This document shows positions 51,627-61,912 of a DNA stretch of 64,000 nt, piece after piece. Source of the stretch: an uncultured Acidobacteriota bacterium (lineage in GTDB: Bacteria; Acidobacteriota; Terriglobia; UBA7540); contig CAWDSK010000006.1 in the NCBI GenBank assembly GCA_963804995.1, positions 576,001 to 640,000 of the forward strand. The letters run 5' to 3'. The notes under the pieces are model-generated. The model saw only the letters and a list, made by a program, of their open reading frames with translations. It made no database searches and had not been told where the DNA came from. Both the position numbers and the translations under genes were made by a program. Every line of letters begins with the position of its first letter. Position 1 is the stretch's first letter.

Positions 51627-53660
51627 ATGCTAGACTACATTTGGTTAATCCCGATCTTCCCCGTGCTGGGAGCGGCTATCCAGCTCTTGTTCGGGCGCCG
51701 GCTTTCGAACCGGGCAGTCTCTGCGGTTTCCGTGGGGTTGCCGGGCCTGTCGTTTTTATGGGCCCTGGGTTGCTTCATTCAATTTCTGGGATTGCCGGAG
51801 TCCTCCCACCACGTTTTCCTTCGGCCTTTGTACACCTGGCTGCCCGCCGGGGCGTTCCATCTGGCGAATGGGTCACTCGGAAATCTCAACGTCAACGTGG
51901 GCATGCAGCTCAACCCGCTCTCCTGCGTCATGATGCTGGTGGTGACCGGTGTGGGTTTCCTGATTCACGTTTATTCCATTGGCTACATGGCGCATGAAGG
52001 CGGGTATTACCGTTTTTTTGGTTACCTCAACCTCTTCATGTTCTCCATGCTGGTCCTGGTGCTGGCTGACAATTACCTGATGATGTTTGTGGGCTGGGAA
52101 GGCGTGGGGCTCTGCTCCTATCTCCTGATCGGATTCTATTTCCTGCGCAAGTCTGCGTCGGATGCCGGCAAGAAGGCTTTCATTGTTAATCGCATCGGCG
52201 ATGCGGCGTTCCTGTTGGGTGTGATGCTCATGGTCGTGACCTTCGGGACGCTGGCCTTTCAGCCCATCACGGAAGCCGCCCGCAGTGGCCGTTTCCCAGT
52301 GGGCGACGGCGTGATTACCGCCATCTGCATTCTGCTCTTCATTGGCGCCACGGGAAAATCAGCGCAGATTCCCCTCTACATTTGGTTGCCGGATGCAATG
52401 GAGGGCCCCACTCCGGTCAGCGCCTTGATTCACGCCGCCACCATGGTAACCGCGGGCATTTATATGGTGGCGCGGTCGAACGCGCTCTTCTCCCTGGCGC
52501 CTATGGCGCTGGCGGTGGTGGCGGCGATTGGCGTGGCCACGGCGATCTGGGCGGCTTCGATTGGCCTCGTGCAAAACGACATCAAGCGCGTGCTGGCCTA
52601 TTCGACGGTCAGCCAGTTGGGTTACATGTTTCTGGCGTGCGGCGTGGGGGCGTTCGGGGCCGGTGTTTTCCACTTGATGACGCACGCTTTCTTCAAGGCT
52701 CTGCTGTTCCTCGCTTCCGGCAGCGTGATTCACGCCCTGAGCGGCGAGCAGGACATGCGCAAAATGGGAGCCCTGAAGAACAAGATTCCCACCACGTACT
52801 GGACCATGGCAGTGGCGGCGCTGGCAATTTCTGGAATACCGCCGCTCGCGGGGTTCGTCAGCAAGGACGAGATTCTGTGGCAATCCTTTGCGGGTCCGTA
52901 CGGGCACACGCTGCTCTGGGCCGTAGGCTGGATTACTGCAGGGCTGACGGCGTTCTATATGTTCCGGCTGATTTTCATGACCTTTTGGGGTGAGTCGCGC
53001 GTGCCCCATGACATAGAACATCACATTCACGAATCTCCCCAGCCCATGCTCATTCCCCTGGTAACCCTGGCGGTCCTCTCGATCGTAGGCGGATTTATCG
53101 GCTGGCCAAAGGCTTTGTGGGGCGGCGAATGGTTTGGAAGGTTTCTGGAGCCGGTCTTCGAGGGCAACCCCCCTGTGCCCATGCATGAAGCCGCGCAAGG
53201 AATGGAATATTTCCTGATGCTGCTCTCGGTGGCGACAGCGGCCGCGGGCATTTACGTTGCCTATCGAATGTATGTGCAGCAGCCGGCGCTTTCCGATCGC
53301 GTATCTTCCGCGTTTGCGGGTCTGCACCGGGTTTTGCTCCACAAATATTATGTCGATGAAATCTATGACGCCCTCTTCGTAAACCGGGTTAAAGATCTGG
53401 GCAGTGCCCTGGCGGCATTTGACCTGGGCGTGGTGGATGGCGGCGTCAACCTCGTGGGCTGGTTCACGCGCGTGACGGCGGAACTATCGCGCTTGTGGGA
53501 CACCTGGGTCATCGACGGCCTGGTCAACGTCATGGCATTCACTGTGAAACTGCTGAGTTATCCGGCCAAGATCTTGCAGACCGGTTTGGTGCAGACTTAT
53601 GCATGGTTTATTACACTCGGTGTTTTGATTTTTATGACTTACTACTTGATGCATTTCTAA
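51627..53660 (+). CDS. nuoL: NADH-quinone oxidoreductase subunit L
   Basis: GWEGVGLCSYLLIG, NRIGD, GKSAQ, WLPDAMEGPTPVSALIHAATMV, THAFFKA. Confidence 0.96.
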   Translation: MLDYIWLIPIFPVLGAAIQLLFGRRLSNRAVSAVSVGLPGLSFLWALGCFIQFLGLPESSHHVFLRPLYTWLPAGAFHLANGSLGNLNVNVGMQLNPLSCVMMLVVTGVGFLIHVYSIGYMAHEGGYYRFFGYLNLFMFSMLVLVLADNYLMMFVGWEGVGLCSYLLIGFYFLRKSASDAGKKAFIVNRIGDAAFLLGVMLMVVTFGTLAFQPITEAARSGRFPVGDGVITAICILLFIGATGKSAQIPLYIWLPDAMEGPTPVSALIHAATMVTAGIYMVARSNALFSLAPMALAVVAAIGVATAIWAASIGLVQNDIKRVLAYSTVSQLGYMFLACGVGAFGAGVFHLMTHAFFKALLFLASGSVIHALSGEQDMRKMGALKNKIPTTYWTMAVAALAISGIPPLAGFVSKDEILWQSFAGPYGHTLLWAVGWITAGLTAFYMFRLIFMTFWGESRVPHDIEHHIHESPQPMLIPLVTLAVLSIVGGFIGWPKALWGGEWFGRFLEPVFEGNPPVPMHEAAQGMEYFLMLLSVATAAAGIYVAYRMYVQQPALSDRVSSAFAGLHRVLLHKYYVDEIYDALFVNRVKDLGSALAAFDLGVVDGGVNLVGWFTRVTAELSRLWDTWVIDGLVNVMAFTVKLLSYPAKILQTGLVQTYAWFITLGVLIFMTYYLMHF

Positions 53661-53711
53661 GGAGCGTTGGTAAGCGAATCTTTGAACTGAACTGCTTTCC
53701 CGAGGTTGACG

Positions 53712-55322
53712 ATGCCGTTCTTCCATGACCATGTTCTGAGCATCATCCTCTTTATTCCGGTGGTGGGGATGATCCCGCTGTTCTTCATCCCACGCGAAAA
53801 CAAGCAGGCCGCTCGTTGGTGGGGCAACGTCGTGATGTTCGTGAATTTCCTTGCCTCCCTGCCCCTGGTCTTCTGGTTTTCGAGCGAGAGTCCGGAGCAG
53901 CAGTTCAAGTTCGTCGAACAACACACCTGGATACCTTCCATCGGCGCGCAGTACCACCTGGGAATCGACGGCATCAGCTTTCTGCTCATCATGCTGACCA
54001 CGGTGCTGGGTTTCCTTGCCGTGCTCTCCTCCTGGACTTCGATTCAGGAACGCGTGAAGGAATATTACGCCATGTTCCTGCTGCTCCAGGCGGGGATGCT
54101 GGGCGTTTTCATGTCGCTCGATTTCTTCCTCTTCTATGTGTTTTGGGAAGTCATGCTGGTTCCGATGTACTTCATCATCGGGGTTTGGGGCGGGCCGCGC
54201 AAACTTTACGCCGCCATCAAGTTCTTCCTTTACACTTTGGCGGGGTCGGTTCTGATGCTGCTCGGCATCCTGACGCTTTACTTCCGCTTCCACGCTGACA
54301 CGGGAGTGTACACGTTTAACCTTCTGGGCTTGATGAATCACAGCCACGCCTGGCCGCTCAATCTCCAATATTGGGTCTTCTGGGCTTTCATGATTGGCTT
54401 CGCCATCAAGGTGCCGATGTTTCCGTTCCATACCTGGTTGCCGGACGCTCACGTGGAGGCGCCCACGGCAGGCTCGGTGATCCTGGCGGGCGTTCTGTTG
54501 AAGATGGGCACTTACGGTTTCGTTCGCTTCTCGCTGCCCCTGCTGCCGCAAGCGAGTTCAAACCCCACGATTGTAAGAGTCATGGTGGCGCTGTCCCTCG
54601 TCGCCATCATTTATGGGGCACTGGTCTCGCTGATGCAGCGTGACATGAAGAAGCTAATCGCGTATTCGTCGGTCAGCCACCTGGGCTTCTGCACCCTGGG
54701 AATTTTCGCGCTCAATCCGCACGGCTTGCAAGGAAGCGTGATTCAGCAAATCAACCATGGTATTTCGACCGGCGCCCTCTTCTTGATTGTCGGCCTGATT
54801 TACGAACGCCGGCACACTCGTGAGATCAAGGAACTGGGCGGGCTTTCAAACGTCATGCCCGTTTATGCGACGCTATTCATGATCATCATGCTCTCTTCGA
54901 TTGGCTTACCGCTTCTCAATGGTTTCATCGGCGAGTTCACGATCCTGCAAGGGGCATACGAAGTGAACTGGCATTGGGCGGCCTGGGCCGTCGCCGGGAT
55001 CGTTCTGGGAGCGGCTTATATGCTCTGGCTCTATCAACGGACCATGTTTGGGGCCTGCGAGAATCCCAAGAACCAGGTCCTCAAGGACCTGAGTTTCCGC
55101 GAGATCATGACCCTTGTTCCGCTCGTCATTTGGGCGTTTTGGATCGGCATTTACCCCAAGCCGTTTTTTGATGTGCTGGAGAAACCGGTCAACGCCATCG
55201 TCCAAAGCGTGAATCCCAATTTCTTTAAGGCGCCGCAAGCGGCACGGGTGATGACGCGATCGCCCCAGACAGCGCAGGCCAGGCTCGAAACTCCCTCGGC
55301 CGCGACAGGAGCGAACCACTGA
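53712..55322 (+). CDS. nuoM: NADH-quinone oxidoreductase subunit M
   Basis: FWEVML.PMY, KVPMFPFHTWLPDAHVEAPT, LLKMG.YG, AYSSVSH. Confidence 0.96.
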   Translation: MPFFHDHVLSIILFIPVVGMIPLFFIPRENKQAARWWGNVVMFVNFLASLPLVFWFSSESPEQQFKFVEQHTWIPSIGAQYHLGIDGISFLLIMLTTVLGFLAVLSSWTSIQERVKEYYAMFLLLQAGMLGVFMSLDFFLFYVFWEVMLVPMYFIIGVWGGPRKLYAAIKFFLYTLAGSVLMLLGILTLYFRFHADTGVYTFNLLGLMNHSHAWPLNLQYWVFWAFMIGFAIKVPMFPFHTWLPDAHVEAPTAGSVILAGVLLKMGTYGFVRFSLPLLPQASSNPTIVRVMVALSLVAIIYGALVSLMQRDMKKLIAYSSVSHLGFCTLGIFALNPHGLQGSVIQQINHGISTGALFLIVGLIYERRHTREIKELGGLSNVMPVYATLFMIIMLSSIGLPLLNGFIGEFTILQGAYEVNWHWAAWAVAGIVLGAAYMLWLYQRTMFGACENPKNQVLKDLSFREIMTLVPLVIWAFWIGIYPKPFFDVLEKPVNAIVQSVNPNFFKAPQAARVMTRSPQTAQARLETPSAATGANH

Positions 55323-56806
55323 TGTGGAACGCCTTCTTTCAACTGACGGACTACCAGGCCCTCAAGCCGGAGATCCTCCTGACCATGTTTGGCCTGGCCG
55401 TCCTGCTGTTTGATTTCCTGCTGGAGAAAAGCGACAAGTATCTGAATGCCGTGCTCGCCCTGATCGGGTTGGCCTTCGCCGCTCTGCAACTCGGAATTTT
55501 CTGGCAAGCGCCGCTGATTCGTCAGGCCTCCTATTCGGGATTTGGCGGGACCTTCACCCTCGACTCCTTCGCGCTATTCGCCAAGATGGTCATTGTGTTG
55601 GCCACCGCCATCGTGGTTCTGATATCCGCAAAATATCTGGAAATTGAGGAAGCCAACCTCGGTGAGTATTACGCTCTGCTGCTTTTTGCCGCAGTGGGAA
55701 TGATGCTCCTGGCGTCTGGCGCCGACCTGATTGTGCTTTTCATCGCCCTGGAACTCATGGCGCTGTGTGAGTATGTGCTGACGGGTTTCCTGCGGGTCAA
55801 TCTGAGGTCCAACGAAGCGGCGGTGAAGTTCTTTCTGCTCGGGGCGTTTTCCTCCGGGTTGCTTCTTTACGGCATGTCGCTGCTGTACGGGATTGGCGGC
55901 TCAACCAAACTGAGTGTCATCGCCCAGCGCCTTTCGGAGCGCCCGGCTTCCGACCCGCTTTCCTGGGTTGCCATGATCACGCTGCTGGCGGGCATCTACT
56001 TTAAGATCGCCGCCGTGCCTTTCCATCAGTGGACACCTGATGTCTACGAAGGCGCCCCGACCTCCATCACGGCCTTCATCTCGGTCGCTCCCAAGGTCGC
56101 GTCCTTCGCTCTCTTCATACGCATCCTGATCACGGCGCTGTGGCCCATGCGGGCGGAGTGGCAGGCGTTGACCATTGGAGTCGCCATCGCCACGATGACG
56201 CTCGGCAATCTCGCGGCAATTACCCAGACGAATATCAAACGCTTCTTCGGCTACTCAACGATCTCCCACGTCGGATATCTATTATTGGGGTTGGTGGCCA
56301 CCGCGGATGGAAATCGCGAAGGGCTGACCGCCATCCTGATCTATCTGCTGGTTTATGCATTTATGAACCTGGGCGCTTTCACCGTGATCATTATGATGCG
56401 GCGCAAGAACCTGATTGGTGACGAGATCGATGACCTCTCCGGCCTGATGGCTCGCGCGCCGGGACTGGCCATCCTGATGCTCATCTTCTTGCTATCGCTG
56501 GCGGGCATTCCTCCCACGGCGGGCTTTATTGGGAAATACTTCATTTTTCTCTCTTTGATTGAGACTGGGCACTACTATTTGGCCGTGCTTGGAGTTGTCT
56601 ATTCAGTCGTGGCGCTCTACTATTACTTCCGGATTGTGGTGGCCATGTTTATGAAGAAGGCCACGGATTCAATTCCCCTCGCGACGAGCCCCGGCCTGAC
56701 GATTGCGCTGGGCGTTACGATCGCCATGACGCTGCTGATCGGGGTTTATCCGGAACCCTTCATTATCTTGGCGCGGGAAGCTGTGCGGCCTTTCTTCTCG
56801 TCGTAA
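55322..56806 (+). CDS. nuoN: NADH-quinone oxidoreductase subunit N
   Basis: GEYY, EAAVKFFLLG, FKIAAVPFHQWTPDVYEGAP, SLAGIPPTAGF.GK. Confidence 0.96.
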   Translation: MWNAFFQLTDYQALKPEILLTMFGLAVLLFDFLLEKSDKYLNAVLALIGLAFAALQLGIFWQAPLIRQASYSGFGGTFTLDSFALFAKMVIVLATAIVVLISAKYLEIEEANLGEYYALLLFAAVGMMLLASGADLIVLFIALELMALCEYVLTGFLRVNLRSNEAAVKFFLLGAFSSGLLLYGMSLLYGIGGSTKLSVIAQRLSERPASDPLSWVAMITLLAGIYFKIAAVPFHQWTPDVYEGAPTSITAFISVAPKVASFALFIRILITALWPMRAEWQALTIGVAIATMTLGNLAAITQTNIKRFFGYSTISHVGYLLLGLVATADGNREGLTAILIYLLVYAFMNLGAFTVIIMMRRKNLIGDEIDDLSGLMARAPGLAILMLIFLLSLAGIPPTAGFIGKYFIFLSLIETGHYYLAVLGVVYSVVALYYYFRIVVAMFMKKATDSIPLATSPGLTIALGVTIAMTLLIGVYPEPFIILAREAVRPFFSS

Positions 56807-56818
56807 TCAGGAGGAATC

Positions 56819-57085
56819 GTGCCCAAGACTCCGGACCAGCGGATGAGTCTCTGGGCGCAAGTTGGCTTTTACACCAGCCTGGGGTTTATAATCCCCGCTG
56901 CCGCGGTGGGCGGGTTTGGGTTGGGTTGGTGGTTGGATCGGTGGCTGCACACCTCGCCGATCATCACACTGGTCATGGGTTTTCTGGGTGCAGCGGCGGG
57001 AGTTGTGGAAATCCTGGCGATCCTCACCCGAGCGGAGAAGCGTGACGACAGAAATCAGTCAAACGATGGATCTGGCGCAAGCTGA
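56819..57085 (+). CDS. atpZ: AtpZ/AtpI-family Fo accessory protein
   Basis: GFGLGWWLDRWLHTSP two-TM motif; SD GGAGG. Confidence 0.8.
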   Translation: MPKTPDQRMSLWAQVGFYTSLGFIIPAAAVGGFGLGWWLDRWLHTSPIITLVMGFLGAAAGVVEILAILTRAEKRDDRNQSNDGSGAS

Positions 57086-57443
57086 GGCGCGATTGCCGCG
57101 CTGGATGGTGGGATGTGGAGTTGCGGCTGCCAGTGTGATTCTCGCCTGCGGCCACGTGCGCCTCGCCCTGGGATTCGCCCTGGGAGCCTTTCTGGCGGTG
57201 CTCGGCTATTATTGGCTGCACGAAGTGATTGAAGCATTGATGTCCGCGGGGCAGGTCAAAATTCCCCGACGCGTCATTGCCAAGTTCGTGGTCCGATATC
57301 CGCTGATGTTCGGTGTGGTCTTTTTATTTTACAAAACCGGCTGGCTGCCAATGGTAGCAATCATAGGGGGGTTGTTCGTCCCTGCTGCCGGGGCGATGAT
57401 CGAAGGCGCAGTTCAGGCCGCGCAAGCGTTTCGAGAATCTTGA
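57042..57443 (+). CDS. atpI: ATP synthase protein I (4-TM)
   Basis: Hydrophobic 4-helix protein with GFALG and VRY motifs, between atpZ and atpB. Confidence 0.7.
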   Translation: MTTEISQTMDLAQAEARLPRWMVGCGVAAASVILACGHVRLALGFALGAFLAVLGYYWLHEVIEALMSAGQVKIPRRVIAKFVVRYPLMFGVVFLFYKTGWLPMVAIIGGLFVPAAGAMIEGAVQAAQAFRES

Positions 57444-57485
57444 GGTTGTGGAAAGTGGCTAGGCTCCTCATACTGGCATTCATTT

Positions 57486-58250
57486 ATGGAACATAAAATT
57501 TGGTTCACGATCATCTTGAACAAACTGCTGGCGTGGTTGGTAACGCCATTACTGACCGTCCTGGGATTTGCGCCCGCCGATCCCGCGCATCCCATTCCGG
57601 ATTACCTGGCGATGCAGGTTCTGGTCATCCTTATCCTCGTCGTGGTCGCGCTGATTCTGCGCGGCAAACTTTCCGTGGAGAACCCTGGAAAGTTGCAGCA
57701 TATTGCAGAGGAAATCGTGGGGTTCGCGAACTCAACGGCGGAGGAAATCATCGGGCATGGCGGCGCTCAGTATACTTCCATGCTCGGCACCCTGTTCATC
57801 TTCGTGGCAGCGTGCAATATGTTGAGCCTGATTCCCACTCTTGCCGTGCCCGATTCCAAATTAGAGATTGAAGTGAGCCCTACGGGCCTGATCCAGGCCA
57901 CGCTCGGCTGCGCGCTGGTGGCGTTCCTTTATTACAACTACCAGGGCATTCGCCATCACGGAGTGGTGGGCTACCTCAAGCACTTGTGCGGACCGCTGAT
58001 GGCCATCGCCATCATTATGTTCCCGATTGAAGTTATCGGAAATTTCGGCCGCCTGCTGTCGCTCAGCGTTCGTCTTTACGCCAACATGCTGGTGGGCGGA
58101 ATCCTGGAGCGGGTGTTCGGAGGGATGATTCCGATTGGCATCCCCGTCATCTTCATGGGGCTGCACCTCTTCGTTTCTTTGCTCCAGGCGTACATCTTCA
58201 TGCTCCTGCCGGCGATTTACATCAGCATGGCAGTGGCTGAGGAGCACTGA
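57486..58250 (+). CDS. atpB: F0F1 ATP synthase subunit a
   Basis: PGKLQ..AE, PIE, SLSVRLYANM (essential Arg), LQAYIF. Confidence 0.95.
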   Translation: MEHKIWFTIILNKLLAWLVTPLLTVLGFAPADPAHPIPDYLAMQVLVILILVVVALILRGKLSVENPGKLQHIAEEIVGFANSTAEEIIGHGGAQYTSMLGTLFIFVAACNMLSLIPTLAVPDSKLEIEVSPTGLIQATLGCALVAFLYYNYQGIRHHGVVGYLKHLCGPLMAIAIIMFPIEVIGNFGRLLSLSVRLYANMLVGGILERVFGGMIPIGIPVIFMGLHLFVSLLQAYIFMLLPAIYISMAVAEEH

Positions 58251-58373
58251 GTTTAGGCACCAATCGCCAATGTGAGCCCCATCTGCACGAGGGATGATGG
58301 GGAACCACCCCCTGGCGACATTTCATCAGGGGCTATGCCCGCTCAGGCGGGGGAGCTCCTCAGGAGGAATACA

Positions 58374-58697
58374 GTGAAACGCAATGCGATTATGTTATTC
58401 GGGAGTCTCTTAGGCTTGCTTCTGGCCGCGCCGGTCTATGCTCAGACCGCACCCGGTGGAGGAGAGGCAGACACCACAAAATGGGTAATTATCACCGCCG
58501 GCTTTGCCATGGCCATTGCTTCCGCGGTCTGCGGCTATGCCCAATCGAAGGCAACAGCGGCTGCCTGCGAAGGATTGGCGCGTAACCCCGGGGCTCGGCC
58601 GGGAATTCAGTTCGCGTTGATCTTGGCCTTGATTCTGATCGAGTCGATGGCGCTCTACACTTTCGCCATCATCTTCCTAAAAGTCAAGTTGGGCTAA
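58374..58697 (+). CDS. atpE: F0F1 ATP synthase subunit c with N-terminal signal-like extension
   Basis: ARNP loop, IESMALY; GTG start after SD AGGAGG. Confidence 0.95.
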   Translation: MKRNAIMLFGSLLGLLLAAPVYAQTAPGGGEADTTKWVIITAGFAMAIASAVCGYAQSKATAAACEGLARNPGARPGIQFALILALILIESMALYTFAIIFLKVKLG

Positions 58698-58722
58698 CAA
58701 GTTCCAACTGCGCCAGATCGGC

Positions 58723-58753
58723 AAGGGGAGGCTTCTGGCCTCCCCTTTGTATT
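58723..58753 (+). terminator. Rho-independent terminator after atpE
   Basis: AAGGGGAGGC-N5-GCCTCCCCTT followed by a T-rich tail. Confidence 0.8.
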
Positions 58754-58890
58754 TGGGGGACACTTCAGGGTGATAGATCCCCCAGGTGGCCCAGAGGCAG
58801 TCCCAAGGAATGAATCGTTCGTGAGGCCGCGTCGTTCTGGAGTTTTCCTAGCCGCGGAGAGGCGCGCGGTAGGGCACGTGTGCGTTACCC

Positions 58891-60342
58891 TCACTTCAGG
58901 TATGGCATGGCTGCGAGCGTGGCCAGGCCCATGAGACTGTCCGGCGCCAGTCCGAGGTAAAAGATCCCGAGAACGCTGACCGCCAAGGCGGTGCGCACCG
59001 GCCAAGACAATACGGCGGTAGCGGTATCGTTTTTCTCCTCGTGTATATACATCGCGACAATAATTCTAAAATAGTAATAAACCGATACAACGCTGTTCAA
59101 TAAAGCCAGAACCGTGAGTCCGATCAGGTGAGAGTGCATCGCCGCCCGGAAAAGGTAGAGTTTACCCAAAAAGCCTGCGGTCGTGGGAAACCCGGCAAGC
59201 GAGAGAAAAAGCACGGCGAGACATGCAGCCACTCCGGGCCGTGCGAACGCCAATCCCCTGTAGTCTTCGATCTGGACCAGGCGTTCGCCTGTTCCCGACA
59301 AATGCGCGATCAGGATAAATGCCCCTACGTTCATCAGCGCGTAGGCCATCAGATAAAACATGACTGCTGACATTCCGCGCGAACCACCTGCCGCCACGCC
59401 CACCAGAATATACCCAGCGTGGGCAATCGAAGAATAGGCGAGGAGTCGCTTGACGTTGGTTTGCCAGAGCGCTGCCAGGTTGCCGAGGCTCATGGTGAGC
59501 GCTGCGGAGATCCAGAGGATAGGGGAACTCACCGCTTCCGCCGAGCCAAAGCTCGCAAGGAAGATCCGGAGGAGGATGGCAAAGGCGGCTGCCTTGGGGC
59601 CGACAGAGAGGAACGCTGTGACTGGAGCCGGCGCCCCCTGGTAAACATCGGGGGTCCAAATCTGGAAAGGAACTGTGGAGAGTTTAAAGCCCAGCCCCAC
59701 AAACATCAGGACTAAGGCTACCCGTGCGAATACGGTCCATTGCAAAGGGTCACTCAGGCGTGCGCCCGCTACCAGCAAATTTGTGGTTCCCGTCAAACCG
59801 TAGACGAAGGCAATCCCGTACAGGAAAAATGCGGTTGCAAACGAACCCAGAAGAAAGTACTTCAGCGCCGCCTCGGTGCAGAGCTTGTCGGTTCGCCGGA
59901 ATCCCGCCAGGATATAAGTTGAGATCGACGAGATTTCGAGCCCCAGGAAAATCATTATGAGATCCGTGGAGGATGCCATGAAACACATCCCCACCGTTCC
60001 CAGCAAGACGAGCGAGTAGAACTCGCCATGTTGAGTGTTTTCGCGTTTGAGGTAATCCATCGATCCGAGGATGACCAGGGCGGCAACCAGCAGGATGAGA
60101 AAAATGAAATAGAAGCTGAATCCGTCAGCGGCAATGGAACCCCCAAACGCCGGCCCGGGATCAAAAGAAGTCCTGACGGTTGCCGCCCCGGCGCCGGCTA
60201 CGCCGAGGAGAGCTATCCAGCCGAGGAGTTTCTTGCGCTCAGGAGGAACGAAGGGCTCCAGAACCATGATCACAACGCCCACCAGAGCGAGAACGATTTC
60301 GGGAAGAATGCGAACCATGTCGGTGGTCTGGAGAGTGATCAT
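58891..60342 (-). CDS. nuoN: NADH-quinone oxidoreductase subunit N (second copy)
   Basis: GEFY, EAALKYFLLG, FKL..VPFQIWTPDVYQGAP, AYSSIAH. Confidence 0.95.
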   Translation of the reverse strand: MITLQTTDMVRILPEIVLALVGVVIMVLEPFVPPERKKLLGWIALLGVAGAGAATVRTSFDPGPAFGGSIAADGFSFYFIFLILLVAALVILGSMDYLKRENTQHGEFYSLVLLGTVGMCFMASSTDLIMIFLGLEISSISTYILAGFRRTDKLCTEAALKYFLLGSFATAFFLYGIAFVYGLTGTTNLLVAGARLSDPLQWTVFARVALVLMFVGLGFKLSTVPFQIWTPDVYQGAPAPVTAFLSVGPKAAAFAILLRIFLASFGSAEAVSSPILWISAALTMSLGNLAALWQTNVKRLLAYSSIAHAGYILVGVAAGGSRGMSAVMFYLMAYALMNVGAFILIAHLSGTGERLVQIEDYRGLAFARPGVAACLAVLFLSLAGFPTTAGFLGKLYLFRAAMHSHLIGLTVLALLNSVVSVYYYFRIIVAMYIHEEKNDTATAVLSWPVRTALAVSVLGIFYLGLAPDSLMGLATLAAMPYLK

Positions 60343-61880
60343 CGCCCACCCCCCAGGTGCCCGGCGGGCGCCCGCTGCGCGTATACCAAAGTTCGCCTTT
60401 CGAGGCGAAGCATAATCGCAGTTACACTGTGATCCATTCGCCGCAAGAACGGCTGCGGGTAAATCCCCATCCCCAGGATAATGGCGGCCATAATTGTGAG
60501 GATCAGTTTCTCGCGGAAGTCGCAATCCGCAAGGGTACGGTTCTTTTCGTTCGTGATCTCACCGTAAAACACTCGTTGATACATCCAGAGCAAATAAACA
60601 GCGGCCAGCACCACTCCCACCGCGGCGAGTGCGGCGTAATACGCATTGCTACGATAAGACCCCACGATGATCAGGAATTCACCGACAAAACCGTTCAACA
60701 TCGGAAGGCCCAGGGAGGACAAGACCACAATCAGGAAAAATGTGCTGTAAACGGGTACCGAGGTGGCCAACCCGCCGAACTCGCTGATCAGGCGGGTGTG
60801 CCGGCGGTCATACAGCATCCCGACCAACAGGAAGAGCGCGCCGGTTGAAACTCCGTGGCTGAACATCTGGTAGATGGAGCCTTCGATGCCTTGCGCATTG
60901 AAAACGAAAATCCCCAGCACGCAGAATCCCAGATGCGCGACCGAGGAGTAAGCGACGAGCTTTTTCAAGTCGGGCTGCACCATGGCCACCAGCGCGCCAT
61001 AGATAATGCCGACGATGGCGAGGGCGCAGACAACAGGGGCAAACTCCCGCGAAGCATCAGGGAAGAGGGGCAGGCAGAAGCGCAGCATGCCGTAGGTCCC
61101 CATTTTGAGAAGGACGCCGGCCAGGATGATCGATCCGGCTGTGGGGGCCTCCACGTGCGCATCGGGCAACCAGGTATGAAATGGGAAGAGGGGAACTTTG
61201 ATGGCGAAGGCAAGGAAGAATGCCAGGAAGAGCCACCGTTCCGCCTGCGGAGACAGTACCGAAGTCGTGGTCAGGTGGCTTAAAATCCGGGGCAAATCAA
61301 AGGACCCCGTGAGGTTATAGAGATAAAGAATCCCCGTAAGCATCAGGGCAGAGCCAGCCATCGTGTATAGGACGAATTTGATGGCTGCGTAAACGCGCCG
61401 CTCGTGCCCCCAGATGCCAATCAGGAAATACATGGGAATGAGCATCACTTCCCAGAAGACAAAGAAGAGGATCAAGTCAAGCGAGGCAAAGACTCCAATC
61501 ATTCCGGTTTCGAGAGCGAGCAGGAAGATGAAGAACTCATTGACGCGATGCGTGATGCTGCTCCAGGAGGCCATAACGGAAATCGGCGTGAGAAATCCGG
61601 CGAGAAGGATCAGGAGCGCGCTCAGACCATCCACCCCCAGGTGGTAATTGACGGGAGGCAGCGGCATCCAGACGTGAAATTCCTGAAACTGCATGCCGGC
61701 ACGATGCGGGTCGAAGCCAAAATAGAGCCAAGCGGTAAACAGGAAGGTCAGCACTGAATTGAGAAGTGCGATCCACCGAACGGCGGACGCCCGCTCGCGT
61801 CCGACGAAAGCGATGACGACGGCGCCCAGCAGCGGGAAAAAGATAATGATCGTGAGGTAGTGCTGCGTGATCCAGGACAT
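60339..61880 (-). CDS. nuoM: NADH-quinone oxidoreductase subunit M (second copy)
   Basis: FWEVMLIPMY, KVPLFPFHTWLPDAHVEAPT, LLKMGTYG. Confidence 0.95.
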   Translation of the reverse strand: MSWITQHYLTIIIFFPLLGAVVIAFVGRERASAVRWIALLNSVLTFLFTAWLYFGFDPHRAGMQFQEFHVWMPLPPVNYHLGVDGLSALLILLAGFLTPISVMASWSSITHRVNEFFIFLLALETGMIGVFASLDLILFFVFWEVMLIPMYFLIGIWGHERRVYAAIKFVLYTMAGSALMLTGILYLYNLTGSFDLPRILSHLTTTSVLSPQAERWLFLAFFLAFAIKVPLFPFHTWLPDAHVEAPTAGSIILAGVLLKMGTYGMLRFCLPLFPDASREFAPVVCALAIVGIIYGALVAMVQPDLKKLVAYSSVAHLGFCVLGIFVFNAQGIEGSIYQMFSHGVSTGALFLLVGMLYDRRHTRLISEFGGLATSVPVYSTFFLIVVLSSLGLPMLNGFVGEFLIIVGSYRSNAYYAALAAVGVVLAAVYLLWMYQRVFYGEITNEKNRTLADCDFREKLILTIMAAIILGMGIYPQPFLRRMDHSVTAIMLRLERRTLVYAQRAPAGHLGGGR

Positions 61881-61912
61881 ATATCGTATCTACAAGCGCT
61901 GCGTTGCCGACC

